Below, piece by piece: positions 13,661-28,300 of a stretch of 64,000 bases of DNA. Both the position numbers and the translations under genes were made by a program. The notes below the pieces were generated by a model that searched no databases, was not told the DNA's origin, and saw only the letters and a program-made list of their open reading frames with translations. How positions within the stretch are numbered: the stretch's first letter is position 1; every line of letters begins with the position of its first letter. This DNA comes from Haliotis rubra. Lineage: Eukaryota. The DNA lies in NCBI RefSeq assembly GCF_003918875.1, contig NW_025765657.1:1-64000 (forward strand). The letters are read 5' to 3'.

Positions 13661-16649
13661 TGTATAGTCTGTTTGCAGGTGAAAAGGTGCCGATGAATTT
13701 CGCTTTTAAACGAAAAAGTGAATCAAAATAAAAAGCGATATTAAGATTGCGAATCCTCGCCATTTTTAATGCCTTGCCAATCCGAACATTTTAAATCTCC
13801 GGGGTCATGTTCGGCTTTGGATAAAGTTGTTTTAACAAGCGATCATGGTTTCCAAATCGCTATTGTTGGTTTGTATTGCAAGGGTAAGGTGGATGGAACA
13901 GTGAAACAAAATGCACGAGCAGTACGTGTGCGGAGCGTTAACTTAGGACCAACCCGACGTGTTCTCGATTGTTTCGTTTAATGTGCAATTGCCAGGTTTT
14001 GGCTGTTAAATCAAGTTCAATGATATATTTAAAAGATCATTTTTTTATTATATTAACAAATGTTAAATTTTATTACATTCGAGACAAAATCATTTTTGTT
14101 TGTGTTTTGTAAAAGCAATTTTGCGTTATCATTTTCCATAGTGTAGTTATGTTATTACCCGCTGGAGAAGTTAGGTTTTAATACGCGCATGAATACGAAT
14201 CAGCTGTTAGAGGTCACAAGTCCTGTGCTCGGGTGGCTTTTGTTCCGTGGTTCTTCTTTTTTAAAATTATGGTATGGTGTGAAATGGAATGTAGCTCGGT
14301 ACGGTGATTGCGATAGGGCCATGCCTCGTAGAAATAATGTTCAGTGCCTGGCCAAAGGCTCGCACTGTGAACATTATGTCATCTCGGACATATTTCCTCG
14401 TAATCTACTGTATTGCAGACAATTGATCTCTAAATCTCACACACAGCGATATCTACTGTGGGAGACAGTTTTGGATGATAAATTACCATCAGCGTCAGTT
14501 TGCTTTAAATCTCTGCTCTACATTTACGATGAATGTGTACTTTGTCACTACAAAATGTAGTAGCGATGTCCTGAATTGTATAAATTTGTAACTTTCCAGA
14601 GAACTTTTGGATTTCAACATGGAAATCACCACTAACAATATCGATTATGAAACAGCGAAAGACATTCACATCGAAACATTCGTAAAAATATATGATATTC
14701 GCCATATTGATTATCAACTTATAAAACACAGTTCAATGTTAGTAATAGTGTGTGAAAAGAGTGAGTTAAGTTTTACGCCGCACTCCGTTCAGCAATATTC
14801 CAACTATATAGCGGTGTCGGTAAATAATTGAATCTGGACCAGACAATCGAGATAACAATTATGAACATCGATCTGATAGAACAACATTGGGTGGTGATAC
14901 TCAAATATATAATAATAATAAACAACACTTTAACTCAGATTCTTTTAGGAGAATGAAGTTGAAATGAATTGCGACTAGCAATAGCTGTTGTCATTCAGTG
15001 TAAACGATGCATCTTTGGGGGTATGATGGAGCTTAAATGTTACCCAGTCAAATAAGTCATTTGAAAAATAGAGATCTAGTTGAGACTGATTGCCTGGACA
15101 TTTTCAGTTTAGTGTATCCATCAAATGCAAGGTATTTGTTTTGAATGTTGTGCCAGGACCATTTGACCAAGTTTTATTGTTATACGACCCCTTAACATCA
15201 AAGAGAGCAGCTGAAGTTGCCTACCAGACTTATGGACATATTCCTGCTGCTTAAGTTGCCCGAAAAAGGCTCTGCAAAAGTGATAACGGATCTAAATTCA
15301 CAGCTAAAGTAACCACTAGAACTAAAAGAACTTGGATCTGATGATCATTGTGCACGGTAAACCACGACACCGCAAAGTCAAGAATCGGTTAGGCAGAGTG
15401 ATTTCTGATATCAAAGGACATGGATCTGTGCTTGGATGAGTGAAAATTGAAAAAGTGAGTTGGTATCAGATTTTATTCAGTTCAGGACTGACTGACTGAG
15501 TTTGGTTTTACGCCGCTTTTAGCAATATTCCAGCAACATCACGGCGGGGACACCAGAAATGGGCTTCTGCCACATTGTACCCATGTGGGGATTCGAACCC
15601 GGGTCTTCGGCTTTACGGGCCAACGCTTTAAACCGCTAGGCTACCCCCACTGCCCCTCGGTTCGGGAAGAGACCTCTAGGTTTTCAGCAGAGTATCCAAC
15701 GGTCCGTGTCGACAATGGCTTTGGAATGGGGCCCGGGTTGGATTGCGATCAACATCACTTACTGTTGACATCCTGAACAAGCTTTCGCAGGGGATGACCT
15801 GCTTGCGGCTGCCGGTTCCCACCTGGAGCGGTCTGGGACCCGTTGGTCTGACCCTCTGAAGAAGACGACGATTAAGTCGCTTGGTCAAGTATTTGGTCGA
15901 AATTTTGATCATTCGGTCCAGATGACTTGGGAATGTTAGTCTTTTGATTCATTTTTCGACCAGAATGACTGGTCGTTTCCAGTCATTTTTGACCAAATGA
16001 TGGTTTGACGGATTGACTGTAACGTATATGAAGCTCTGCCGGAACAAACATCCCTTTGCACATTTTGGCTTGCACAGCATCTACACACGGATTAATACTT
16101 ACACCCCTCCACACCTAACTCGGCACCAAGGCCGATATGTCGATCCCTAGTCTCAGTACGGTAGACGATACATCGGCAGCCGCTGACATTTGATTTATGA
16201 CAAATTCATTTTACAATTCAATGTTTTCATGGCATGCGTTTTTCATTATGTTGAACGTGTTTTGATTTGCTCCCGGAAATTCGTACAATTCTAAGTTTCA
16301 AATTTATCGAACAGTGTCATTGACTTTTAACAGTCCGGGTACATTGTATATCAGTCTTGGGGTTGTGGGTGTGGGGTGGTAAGTATTAGAATGAGGACGA
16401 ATAACGAAGTGCATGATTCCTAACGATGTGACATTATGATTATGACAAATGACCGAACTTACGAGTGTATCCAGTACAATTCACAGCTGGTCACGTGTCA
16501 CTCTCAGAGATTAATTAACATGCTCGGTTTTTTTTAACTTTATGTAAATGTTGTGTGAACCTTTTGCATTTCATATGTTCTCTGACATTCGAAGCTTTGC
16601 AGATCCTTATCCACACATTTTCACTAAACTACTCGTCTCCTTAAGTATT

Positions 16650-16925
16650 GCATTTTCTGACTGAGTGTCAGAAATTAGAACCCAACATGGCGCTAGTTTC
16701 CTCCACTACTAATTATCTAACGATGTTGAGGGGATTTACGAACATATATACCTCGAGGTGTTCGAGATTCGATACAACCGCACTAATGCATTTTCTGACT
16801 GGTGTCAGAAGTCAGAACAACATCGGCGCTAGTTTCTCCGCTACTAATTATCTAACGATGTTGAGGGGATTTACGAACATATACTAGTATACCTCGAGTT
16901 GTTCGAGATTCGATACAACCGCACA
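16650..16925. repeat. ~137-bp tandem duplication (mirror ~26535-26810)
   Basis: GCATTTTCTGACTG..GTGTCAGAA...GATACAACCGCAC occurs twice in both arms. Confidence 0.85.
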
Positions 16926-19900
16926 ATGCCCCAATGCAAGTAACTAAATAAGTTCCACGAGGACCCTTCTACTTCGAGACTGGACCTAAGTTCGACAATA
17001 CATAGAGGTTAGACAAATAGGTGTTTGACTGCATATGCATGTTGCAAGTATCAATAGCGGGAAGTGAAGATCACGTATCTCCCACGAGGGTCTCTAGCGA
17101 TTCGGTGTACGTCTTGTCTGCCTCTCCCTCCAAGTCATGTTCTGCGAGGTTGTGCTCCCGGAATGAATAATACTCACGTTTACAGTATCGACAAAACAAC
17201 CTCGTCTTTCAAACGCTTGCGGTAAATATTTTACACTATCCACACAAAGCGATTTTTACGGTCGATCTTGGTCTGAAAGGCATGTTGCCTTCCGGAAATA
17301 ATACCGGTGAACAGCGTCATCTATGCATGCTCGTGATACTGGAACAGGACGTAACAGCATAGTTGACCATTGTGGGTGACCATTTCATATGTAATTATCT
17401 TATTGGTGGGCCATGTTTTGGAAGTCAGAATATGTACCTAACGACGACAAATATTTGTGGATCGTTTTACCTCATCTCGATGTTTCCGCAAGGACTCGAT
17501 GGAATTAATGTTGCGTTGTTTGAACGCGGGAGAATGCTCGACCGATGCAATATGTTCGTAATAATGAGGGGTGATCAGCGCCAACGCTTTTACCACTAGC
17601 TTACCCCACTGCCCCTTGCTTACGTAAGATTAATCGTGCAAGCATGTTGTTATGAAAGCGGTAATCGATAAAGAAAAGCCTGCAATGCTATGGTTTCTGG
17701 TTGCTGTGCGTCATCCATCGCGTAATGTCTCTGCAAGGCATATAGAGTCTTGACGTTGGTTTATGTGCGTCGGATATATAGTAATGGCGTATGTGAGTGA
17801 TTCCATGGCTTTACGCCGCTTTTGCAATAATGCTCAGCAATGTCGGCGGGGACGCCAGATATGACTTCAAGACATTGTGCCCATGTGGTGTCGAACCGGG
17901 CCTTCGACGTGACGATCGAACGCTTTACCGCTTGGGCTAACCCACCACCTAAGATATATTGAGACTTTGATGCGATTCAATATATGAAACAAAGGTTTAA
18001 TCTATCCAGAGACAACCTTTCCCTGAGCACGTATCACGCTGGCTTGCCCTCTAGTCCAGTTTGTTGATATGTGTCGGGGGTCGGATGGATTCGAGTCTTT
18101 TTGAGTTTTCAGAAACGGTGGATGCACCTTAGTCACGGTTCTGTAGGACGCAGGGCACGCTGAGAGACGGCTGATTAATAGATTGCGTGTGAGCAAGAGC
18201 AAATACCTCTATTCCGGTTGATGATCGCTGTATTTATATGCACTTACTCAGGAACTTTGGAATGGAAACGTGTGATTTCGAGCTTTGGTCGATCCTGACT
18301 ATTCGGTCTTTATCTCTACTGTAAAAGTATAGACATAGAGAGTGTGTGGGTGACTTTGTGTTTTAATCCGCTTTTCATCAATCAAGATCTTTTTATATTG
18401 AATACGACCCGTGAAGATCCGGGCTAGAATTAATCTTCAGTAACCAATGTTTTGTCCTAAAAGAGCGATTAACAGGATCGCGGGTCTTAGTTGATATATG
18501 TCATCGGTTCCCAGTTGCGTACATCATCGGTGCTCATACTGTTGATCACTGGGATTATCTGGTCAGACTCTATTGTGTTACAGACCGCCGACATATAACT
18601 TGAATATTGCTGAGATGCGCGGCGTAAAAACTACACTCTTTTACTTACAAGGAAGCGATGGTTCAAATATGCTAAGCTATGCGAGAAGATATTCCATGTT
18701 TTGATGTGTATTTGTTTTGTTTTAGGTATAATCCAAACAACACGTTGCCAACGGAGGTGTTGGAAAGGTAATTATGTAAACATGTACTAAACAAATATCT
18801 CGTAAACCAGTTGAATTAATGACGGTGTTCTCTAAATAATCGAGGTGTGATCGAGACAATGTATGCCGTGATCAATATCATAAGCGTCAATCCAAGCAGA
18901 GGTGTGATACGGCGACAGGTAATCAGCCAAGTCACCGAGACTGTTCGTTTGTTTTTGTTGTTTAACGCCGCACTCAGCTATATTCCATTCCTACTATGGC
19001 GGCGGTCTCTAAATAATCGAACCTGAACCAGACAATCCAGTGATCAATCTCGCAAAGTATCAGTCAAAGCAAATTAATGATACGCCAAGGCAATTAGCCA
19101 TGTCACCGAGACGGACCAGTCGATCCAGTCGCCTCTTACCTGTTTCCTGAAATAAACTTACAGTAATTTATGATGATATATCCACGCACATCATATATAG
19201 TTATTACTTGTTTATTGGGACACATTGATGGTGCGGGATTAAATACGGGACTAAATGAGTGAGTGTAGTTTTACGCCACTTCTTTAGCAATATTCAGCAA
19301 TATCAGGGCAGGGACACCAGATGCGACACATCGGTACCCATGTGGGGGAATTGAACCGGGTCTTCCGCGTGACGAGCGAACGCTTTAACCCACAAGGCTA
19401 CTCCCACCGCCCCATACAGGACTGACCATTAATAGCAAAACAATAAACATGAAACGAAATGGGTGCTTTAAGCAGCCACTTGACTCTTAGATCACTCATG
19501 CTGTTTCATTCTCGTTATGTTATCATGGTTCGATTTATTTTACAGCGTTTTCCAAATAGAACGAAAGCATGATGAACTAACAGGTCGTTTTCTGACTCAA
19601 TGGGAATTCCGTGATGAATCTCGTTTCATAAACTTCATGTAAACTAAAGCTGTTGTACTTCCAGAGTGAACAAAACTGTTTGCTTATATGGCGACACCAA
19701 CCCTCCTGACACGAGATGGCTGTCGCTAAATGTGTCATAGCGATACTCTAACTCTCGTGTTTATTACTGTGCTTGGAAATATTTGAAACTGTTGCATTAA
19801 CACACGGCACAGGAAAAACACGTACTTTGAGACTTTGAAGGAGACATACAGATAAAATATTAAAAATAAATTATGAAAAGAATGAATAGCATGTCTTTGG

Positions 19901-20888
19901 TCTTTCGAATATTTCATAGCAATTATAAATTTTTAAACTATAATTTAACTGATGTCTTTCAGTGGCATTTAACTGTTAATCAGCAATTACATGATTTAAT
20001 CAACAACATCAGCTTAAATTTTTACCAATCATCAGGTTAGCATCACAATTTTTTCATTCATTGAAATTCATAATATACAGGCCAACAGATATCTCTTGGA
20101 TTTTGTCGGTCGTCGCTATTTTACACCGTCTCAGAGACCGCGGTGTGTGACTGAATTTATCGAGTTGTACACCCTCGTGGTATCTCGCGTATTACTCAAA
20201 GTGACTGTCATTTTAGGTGAGCGCAAAAAGATGTGCGCAAAAAGGTCCACCATGTACTGCGCAGTTATCAAATTAGGTTCCACTAAACAAATACACTGTA
20301 TATATATGATTGTCTTTGCAGCCAATATAAACGTAAATTGTAAATTTTATTCAACTTATATGTTGTTTAACAAAAAGTATACCTCGAATAGAGTTTGCAT
20401 TAAACTAAGATTGCTCTCGGTCTTTCATGTAATGTGCATACACCATTGTAATACAAACGAATAATACCGATTTGAATCTGTGATCGTTTGTTAAACAACT
20501 TTTATTCCAAGTTGAATAAAATACTGAGATTTAAAAGTTCAATTGGCAAGGTAAGATTATGAGTATTCGCAATCTTAATTTCACTTTATTTGATGTACTT
20601 TTTTGTTTGAAGTGAAATTCATAGGTACGTTTTCACTGCAAACAGACTATAACTCAAATCTCATCACATGCTCCCCGAGCGAGCACCGTATGTAAACAAC
20701 TGAAGAGACAGAGACATGTCAAAGCTGTGATTGGATGAAATAGTGTAAGATAAACAAGCTTTATGTTTCATGTTTTTAAAAAGCCAATCCATCCAGTAAA
20801 CAAAACTGACCTTAATTTTATTTTATTTTTATTCCAGGCTGGGGGAGCAATCTAGTTTTGCAGCCATTATGCGTATAAAATGTGGACG

Positions 20889-21891
20889 GACATCTCAGCA
20901 TTTCAGGAAAAAATACAGTGAGTGTTAGTTCAACGGATATGCGGTGATGCGGCCGCTGTTTCCAACACACCTACGCGCACATTCGACCACGGCAGTCCTA
21001 TATAAATATCATAGTCCACGCTGGGGTGACATGACTGCACGCTGGGGTGACATGTATTTTGACAGTTTTCGGCGATTTTTCAGAATATTTTGGTAAGAGA
21101 TGGAAAGGTATGGTCTGCATATGAAATGTAGACTGACATCTCATCATTTCAGAAAAAAATACAGTGAGTGTAAGTTCAACGCCTTAGTGGTGATGCGGCC
21201 GCTGTTTCCAACACACCTACGCGCACATTCGACCACGGCATCCCTATATAAATATCATTGTCCAAGCTGGGAGACCATATGTATGCAGTTTTCGGCGACC
21301 TTTTAGAATATTATGGTAAGAGATGGAAAGGTATGGTCTGCATATGAAATGTAGACTGACATCTCATCATTTCAGAAAAAAATACAGCGAGTCTCAGTTC
21401 AACGCCTTTGTGGTGATGCGGCCGATGTTTCCAACACACCTACGCGCACATTCGACCACGGCAGTCCTATATAAATATCATAGTCCACGCTGGGGTGACA
21501 TGACTGCACGCTGGGGTGACATGTATTTTGACAGTTTTCGGCGATTTTTTGGTCTGCATATGAAATGTAAACTGACATCTCAGCATTTCAGAAAAAAATA
21601 CAGTGAGTGTTAGTTCAACGCCTTAGTGGTGATGCGGCCGCTGTTTCCAACACACCTACGCGCACATTCGACCACGGCATCCCTATATAAATATCATTGT
21701 CCAAGCTGGGAGACCATATGTATGCAGTTTTCGGCAACTTTTTAGTTGAACTAACACTCACTGTATTTTTTTCTGAAATGCTTAGATGTCAGTCTACATT
21801 TCATATGCAGACTATACCTTTCCATCTCTTACCAAAATATTCTGAAAAATCGCCGAAAACTGTCAAAATACACTCCCAGCGTGCAGTCATG
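20889..21891. repeat. ~216-246 bp tandem repeat (A-B-A-B) ending in an inverted partial unit, at the centre of palindrome 1
   Basis: Units start at 20889, 21135, 21358 and 21574; 21745-21891 is the reverse complement of ~21030-21180. Confidence 0.92.
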
Positions 21892-24800
21892 AAACGAGAT
21901 TCATCACGGAATTCCCATTGAGCCAGAAATGACCTGCTTTCTTTCGTTTTATTTGGAAAACGCTGTAAATAAATCGAACCATGATAACATAACGAGAATG
22001 AAACGGCATGAGTGATCTAAGAGTTAAGTGGCTGTTTAAAGTACCCATTTCTTGTTTCATGTTTATTGTTTTGCTATTAATGGTAGTCCTGTATAGGGGC
22101 GGTGGGGTAGCCTTGTGGTTAAAGCGTTCGCTCGTCACGCGGAAGACCCGGGTTCAATTCCCCACATGGGTACGATGTGTCGCATCTGGTGTCCCTTGCC
22201 CTGATATTGCTGGAATATTGCTAAAAGTGGCGTAAAACTACACTCACTCATTTAGTCCCATTTAATCACACCATCAATGTCCCACAAACAAGTAATAACT
22301 ATATATGATGTGCGTGGATATATCATAATTACTGTAAGTTTATTTCAGGAAACATGTAAGAGGCTGAGTGCGGCGTTAAACAACAAACAAACGAACAGTC
22401 TCGGTGACTTGGCTGATTACCTGTCGCCGTATCACACTTGCTTGGATTGACGCTTATGATATTGATCACGGCATTCATTGTCTCGATCACATTCGATTAT
22501 TTAGAGAACACCGTCATTAATTCAACTGGTTTACGAGATATTTGTTTAGTACATGTTTATATAATTACCTTTCCAACACCTCCGTTGGCAACGTGTTGTT
22601 TGATTATACCTAAAAAATAACAAATACACATCAAAACATGGAATATCTTCTCGCATGCTTAGGCATATTTGAACCATCGCTCTCTGAAGTAAAAAGTGAG
22701 TGAGTTTTTACGCCGCACTCAGCAATATTCAAGTTATATGGCGGCGGTCTGTAAATAATAGAGTCTGGACCAGATAATCCAGTGATCAACAGTATAAGCA
22801 CCGATGTACGCAACTGGGAACCGATGACATGTATCAACCAAGACCCGCGATCCCGTTAGTCGCCTTTTAGGACAAACATTGGTTACTGAAGATTAATTCT
22901 AGCCCGGATCTTCACGGGTCGTATTCAATATAAAAAGATCTTGATTGATGAAAGCGATATGAATAGAGTAATGCATAAAGCGGATTATAAACACAAGTCA
23001 CCCACACACTCTCTATGTCTATACTTTTTTACAGTGAGTGATAAAGACCGAATAGTCAGGATCGATTAAAGCTCGAAATTACACGTTTCCATTCTTGTGT
23101 TCCTGAAGTGGGTGTATATAACATAGTGATGTCAACCGGAATAGAGGTATTTGCTCTTGCTCACACAATCTATTAGCCAGCGTCTCGAAGCGTGCCCTCG
23201 TGTCTATAGACCAGGGATTAAGGTGTATCTACTGCAGCTGAAAACTCGTGACTAACCATCCGATCTCCTCGATATATCAATAAACTGGATAGAGGGGGCG
23301 TGTTGAAGTGATACGTGCTCGGGAAAGGCGTCTCAAGATAGAATCAGCCTTTGTTTCATATAATGAATCGTATCAAAGTCTCATTATATCTTAGGTGGTG
23401 GGTTAGCCTAAAAGGTAAAGCGTTCGATCGTCACGTCGAAGGCCCGGGTTCGATTCCCCACATGGGTACAATGTGTGAAGCCCATTTCTGGTGTCCCCCG
23501 CCGTGATATTGCTGGAGTATTGCTAAAAGCGGCGTAAAGCCATAATCACTCACATACATATTATATCTGACGTATTATAACCAACGTCAAGACTTTATAT
23601 GTTTTGTAGAGACATTACGTGATGGAGGATGCACAGGCACCAGAAACTATAGCATTACAGGTTTTTGTGATCGATTATTGCTTTTATAATACATGCTTGC
23701 ATGTACGTATATGTGCGTCTGCTCGTGCCAGTTCGTACTAGTACCTGTCTTATAGTGTCAGCCCAATGAAATACCATGAAGTTTAAAGTGGTACCTTACT
23801 CAGAAAAAGAATTAATAACCATTAGCTTCCGTAGGTATCACTTGGCCGGGGATCAAACCACCCACCTTTCACTCTACGGACAAACGCGCTATGCACTAAA
23901 CACCAATGTGGATTGTAACAAAATACAAACCAATAATAGCGATTTAAATTTATGATTGTTTGTTAAACAACTTTTATCAATAAAATTCTAAAATTTAAAT
24001 GTTCAATTGGCAAGGTAAAATTAAGAGGATTCGCGATTTTAATTTCACTTTATTTGATTTACTTTTTTGTTTAAAGTGAAATTCATCGGTACGTTTTCAC
24101 TGCAAACAGACTATAGTTTGAAAGATTGCGAAGATCACTGATGAGTAGGCCATTCAAAGCTCAAATCTTAATGTATTGGCATTTATATGGATTTTTGGAT
24201 TACGGTGTGGTCGAAAAGCTAACAGCATTATTAATCAAACCCTCAAAGCTGTGCAAAAGTTGTGCCAGTCTGCCAACGTTGAATGACAGTTAAAGCAGTG
24301 AACGCGCACCTGCCATATATCCAGCAGATCGGTATAGTCACTCTTCGATTTTTATGAATGTTAAACTCTCCTCAGAATACCACAATCTACCGACATATGA
24401 ACAGAACTGAAGTTTTTACATGTGTAGTGTAAATAACGAATGAATGTTGTTTCATGCTACATTCCAGCGAAGATCGAGTCTATATGGATCGTACAATTCA
24501 TACATTTCTTTAGACCCACACCGTCCATTGGCGATTCACACAGTACGATGGTACACATTCAGCCTTATCACACGTTGCAACCACCAAATAACCATTTTAG
24601 TCCTAAGCATAATGTTAAAGCATGGGAGTTAAGATGGTCTTAGATGTATGGCATAGGGTCAAGGAATCCCCACACCGGAATCCCAAGTGGGGACAATCAC
24701 AGATTTTAAGTGCATGGTTTTACGCCGATCTGAAAGTTGTATAAACATTGTGTGCTGTAACGAAACTCAGTCGATGATCTTACGTTAACGGGCAGTGGGG

Positions 24801-25037
24801 TAAGCTAGTGGTTTAAGCGTTGGCTCGTCACGGCGAAGGCCCGGGTTCGATTCCCCATATGGGTACAATGTGTTGCCCCGTCCTTAGCTTGTAGCTCTGA
24901 ACTTCAACCTCTATAACATTATTTTCATGAATATACAATTGTGCACGGGTCTCCCGGAAGATAAAGTTAAAACACGGACAAGGGAAAGTCGTGTTGTGAC
25001 ATTATTTTGTGGATATCTTATATGTGATATCGAAGCA

Positions 25038-25383
25038 AGGGATGGCTAATATGATCGATAATCGGAAATATCGTCGATAGGAAAAATGTTTAATGATCAT
25101 CGACAGGAAAAAAGTGATCGACAACATGGTACATGATTTATGTGATAGAAAAAAAGTTTTAATTTTCTCAAACAATATAAATGTAGGACTTTAATCATGG
25201 TCTGCTTCTAAATTATGTTTTTTGAAAACCCATGCAAAACCCATGTGACCACTCACCAATGATGTCAAGTATATAATTTCTTTCAGACATTTTTTACATT
25301 TTTGCTCAAAGTTACACCTCCGATATTTATCGATTCAGTGAACGATTATCGATGTCTATGATCTCTATCGATAACCAGCCCTA
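25038..25383. mobile_element. Possible hAT-type MITE, right arm only
   Basis: Ends AGGGATGG..ATCGAT and ATCGATAACCAGCCCT with subterminal ATCGAT repeats; no clear TSD. Confidence 0.4.
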
Positions 25384-28300
25384 ATGTGGCTGCCTACATC
25401 ATGGTGGTGGGCAGAGGATGACGGAATGTATTCCTGATTGTATTGAGTGATTGTATTGAGTGAGTTAGTGAGTGAGTCTGGTTAAAATTATGCAACCTTT
25501 AGCAATATTGAAGCAATATCACGGTGGGACACCACAAGTGGTCAGAATTGATCAACCCATGCTTGTCGTTTGAGGCGACTAACGGGATCGGGTGGTCAGG
25601 CTGGCTTACTTGGTTGACACTGACACATGTCATTGTACCCCAGTTGCGTAGATCGATGCTCCTGCCGTTGATCACTGGATTGTCTGGTCCAAACTCCATT
25701 ATTTACAGACCACCGCCATATAGCTGTAATACTGCTGAGCTAGTGCGACGTTAAACAACCAATTCAACCAACAAACAAACCAACAAACCTATTTAGGACG
25801 CATACCGCAAAATGTATTCCTTCTCATCACAATGTTATTCGTGAACTAATAATACACACATTTATTTATTTATTTTTTTTTTTTTGTTGATCACTCCTCT
25901 CGTATTACGAACATATTGCATCGATCGAGTATTCCTGCGTTCAAACAACGTAACATTAATTTATCGAGTCCTTGCGGAGGACGATGAGGTAAAACGATCC
26001 ACAAATATTTGCCGTCGTTGTGTATACCTGGACTCACAAAACATGGCCACCACAAGATAATACATATGAATCGTCACTCACAATGGTCAACTACGCTCCA
26101 CAATGGTCAACTATGCTGTTACGTCCCGTTCCAGTATCACGAGCATGGCTAGATGACGCTGTTCCATGGCATTATTTCCGGAAGGCAACATGCCTTTCAG
26201 ACCAAGATCGACCGTTAAAATCGCTTGTGTGATAGTGTAAAATATTTATCGCAAGCGTTTGAAAGACGAGGTTGTTTGTCGATACTGTAAACGTGAGTAC
26301 TCATTCCGGGAGCACAACTCCCGTATAACATGACTTGGAGGGAGAGGCAGACAAGACGTACACCGGTCGCTAGAGACTTCGTGGGAGACACGTGATCTTC
26401 ACTTCCGGTATTGATACTTGCAACATGCATATGCAGTCAAACACCGATTTGTCTAACCTCTATGTGTCGAACTTAGGTCAGTCTCGAAGTAGAAGGTCCT
26501 CGTGGAACTTACTAGTATTTAGTTACTTACTGGGTCATTGTGCGGTTGTATCGAATCTCGAACAACTCGAGGTATATATGTTCGTAAATCCCCTCAACAT
26601 CGTTAGATAGTTAGCAGTGGAGAAACTAGCGCCATGCTGGGTTCTGACTTCTGACACCAGTCAGAAAATGCATTGTGCGGTTGTATCGAATCTCGAACAA
26701 CTCGAGGTATATATGTTCGTAAATCCCCTCAACATCGTTAGATAATTAGTAGAAGAGAAACTAGCGCCATGCTGGGTTCTGACTTCTGACACCAGTCAGA
26801 AAATGCAATACTTGGAGACGAGGTTTAGTGAAAATGTGTGACAAGGAGCTGCAAAGTTTCGAATGTCGAAACATTCGAAATGCAAAAGGTTCACACAACA
26901 TTTACATAAAGTAAAAAAAAAACCGAGCATATTAATTAATCTCTGAAGTGACACGTGACCAGCTGTGAATTGTACTGGATACACCAGTGTCTTGTCATTG
27001 TCTGTCACAATGTCACATCGTTAGAATCATGCACTCGTTATCTGCCCCTAGTCTGTCTCACAGTCCCTGAACCAAATTAATTTCCCTACTGCCAAGCCCT
27101 CTCTGCAGTGCTAAAGCCCTAAATAAAGCAAGTCTAGATTTCCTCAGGTTCTGAATCTCTGGTCTCCCTAGGGCTCCTTTTCAATATAAATGGGCTTGTT
27201 TGTTACTATCAAAATTATATATATTTAGAGACTAAGCCTTAGTCTAATCTGTCCCCTACCCCACCACTTACCACACCCACACCCACAACCCCGAGACTGA
27301 TATACAATGTACCCGGACTGTTAAAACAATGAAACCGTTCGATAAAGTTTGAAACTTAGAATTGTACGAATTTTGGAGCAATCAAAACATGTTCAACATT
27401 ATGTAAAAACGCATGCTATAAAAACTGCATTGAATTGTTAATGAATTTGTCATAAATCAAATGTCATGGCTGCCGATGTGGCGTCAAGCGTACTGAGACT
27501 AGGGATCGACATATCGGCCTTGGAAAGGGAGGTGTGGGGGGTGTGAGTATTTGTCCGTGTGTAGATGTTGTGTTAGCTAAGATGTGTAAACGGATGTTTG
27601 TTTCGGTAGAGTTTTATATATGTTACAGTCAATCTGTCAAACCATCATTTGGTCAAAAATGACTGAAACGATCAGTCAGTTGGTCGAAAATGGTCAAAAG
27701 ACTAACATTCTAAGTCATTTGACCGAATGACTAAAATTTTCGACCAGTCATTTGACCAAGTGACTTAATCGTCGACTTCTTCAAGGGGGTCAGTCTCACG
27801 GGTCTCAGACTGCTCTAGGTGGGAACTGGTAGCTGCAAGTAGGTCATCCTCTGCAGCTTGTACAGAATGTCATCAGGAAGTGGTGTTGATCGCAATCCAA
27901 CCTTGGCCTCCATTCCATATCAAAAAAATAATCACCTGTGTATCCTAGCCCCTATGGGTAATAAAAAGCGATATCTACAAGTAGTATCAATATTGTAGAT
28001 ATCGCAACAATTGAACTGTCAACATGCTATTACATCATCAGTTAATGCTCACAAAGCTTTGACATCACTAAGAACACAGCTGACAATGCTACGACGTCGC
28101 AAAGTTGATGACATCACAATGCTATGATGTCATGAAGCTGATGACGTCACAATTCTATAGCCTTGCTGAGATCACTGCTCAAGAGGCCTAATGGCAGTTT
28201 TGTATTCAGCTAAATTCATTCTTTTACTGATAACTGATGAAGAATGATTTTGGATGATACGTAAAATCTCGCCCTCGTGTCTTCTGATATCAATCATATC

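Noticed and set aside
21100-21613. Repeated ORFs MERYGLHMKC...
   Set aside because: Translations of the ~220-bp tandem repeat with no coding evidence.
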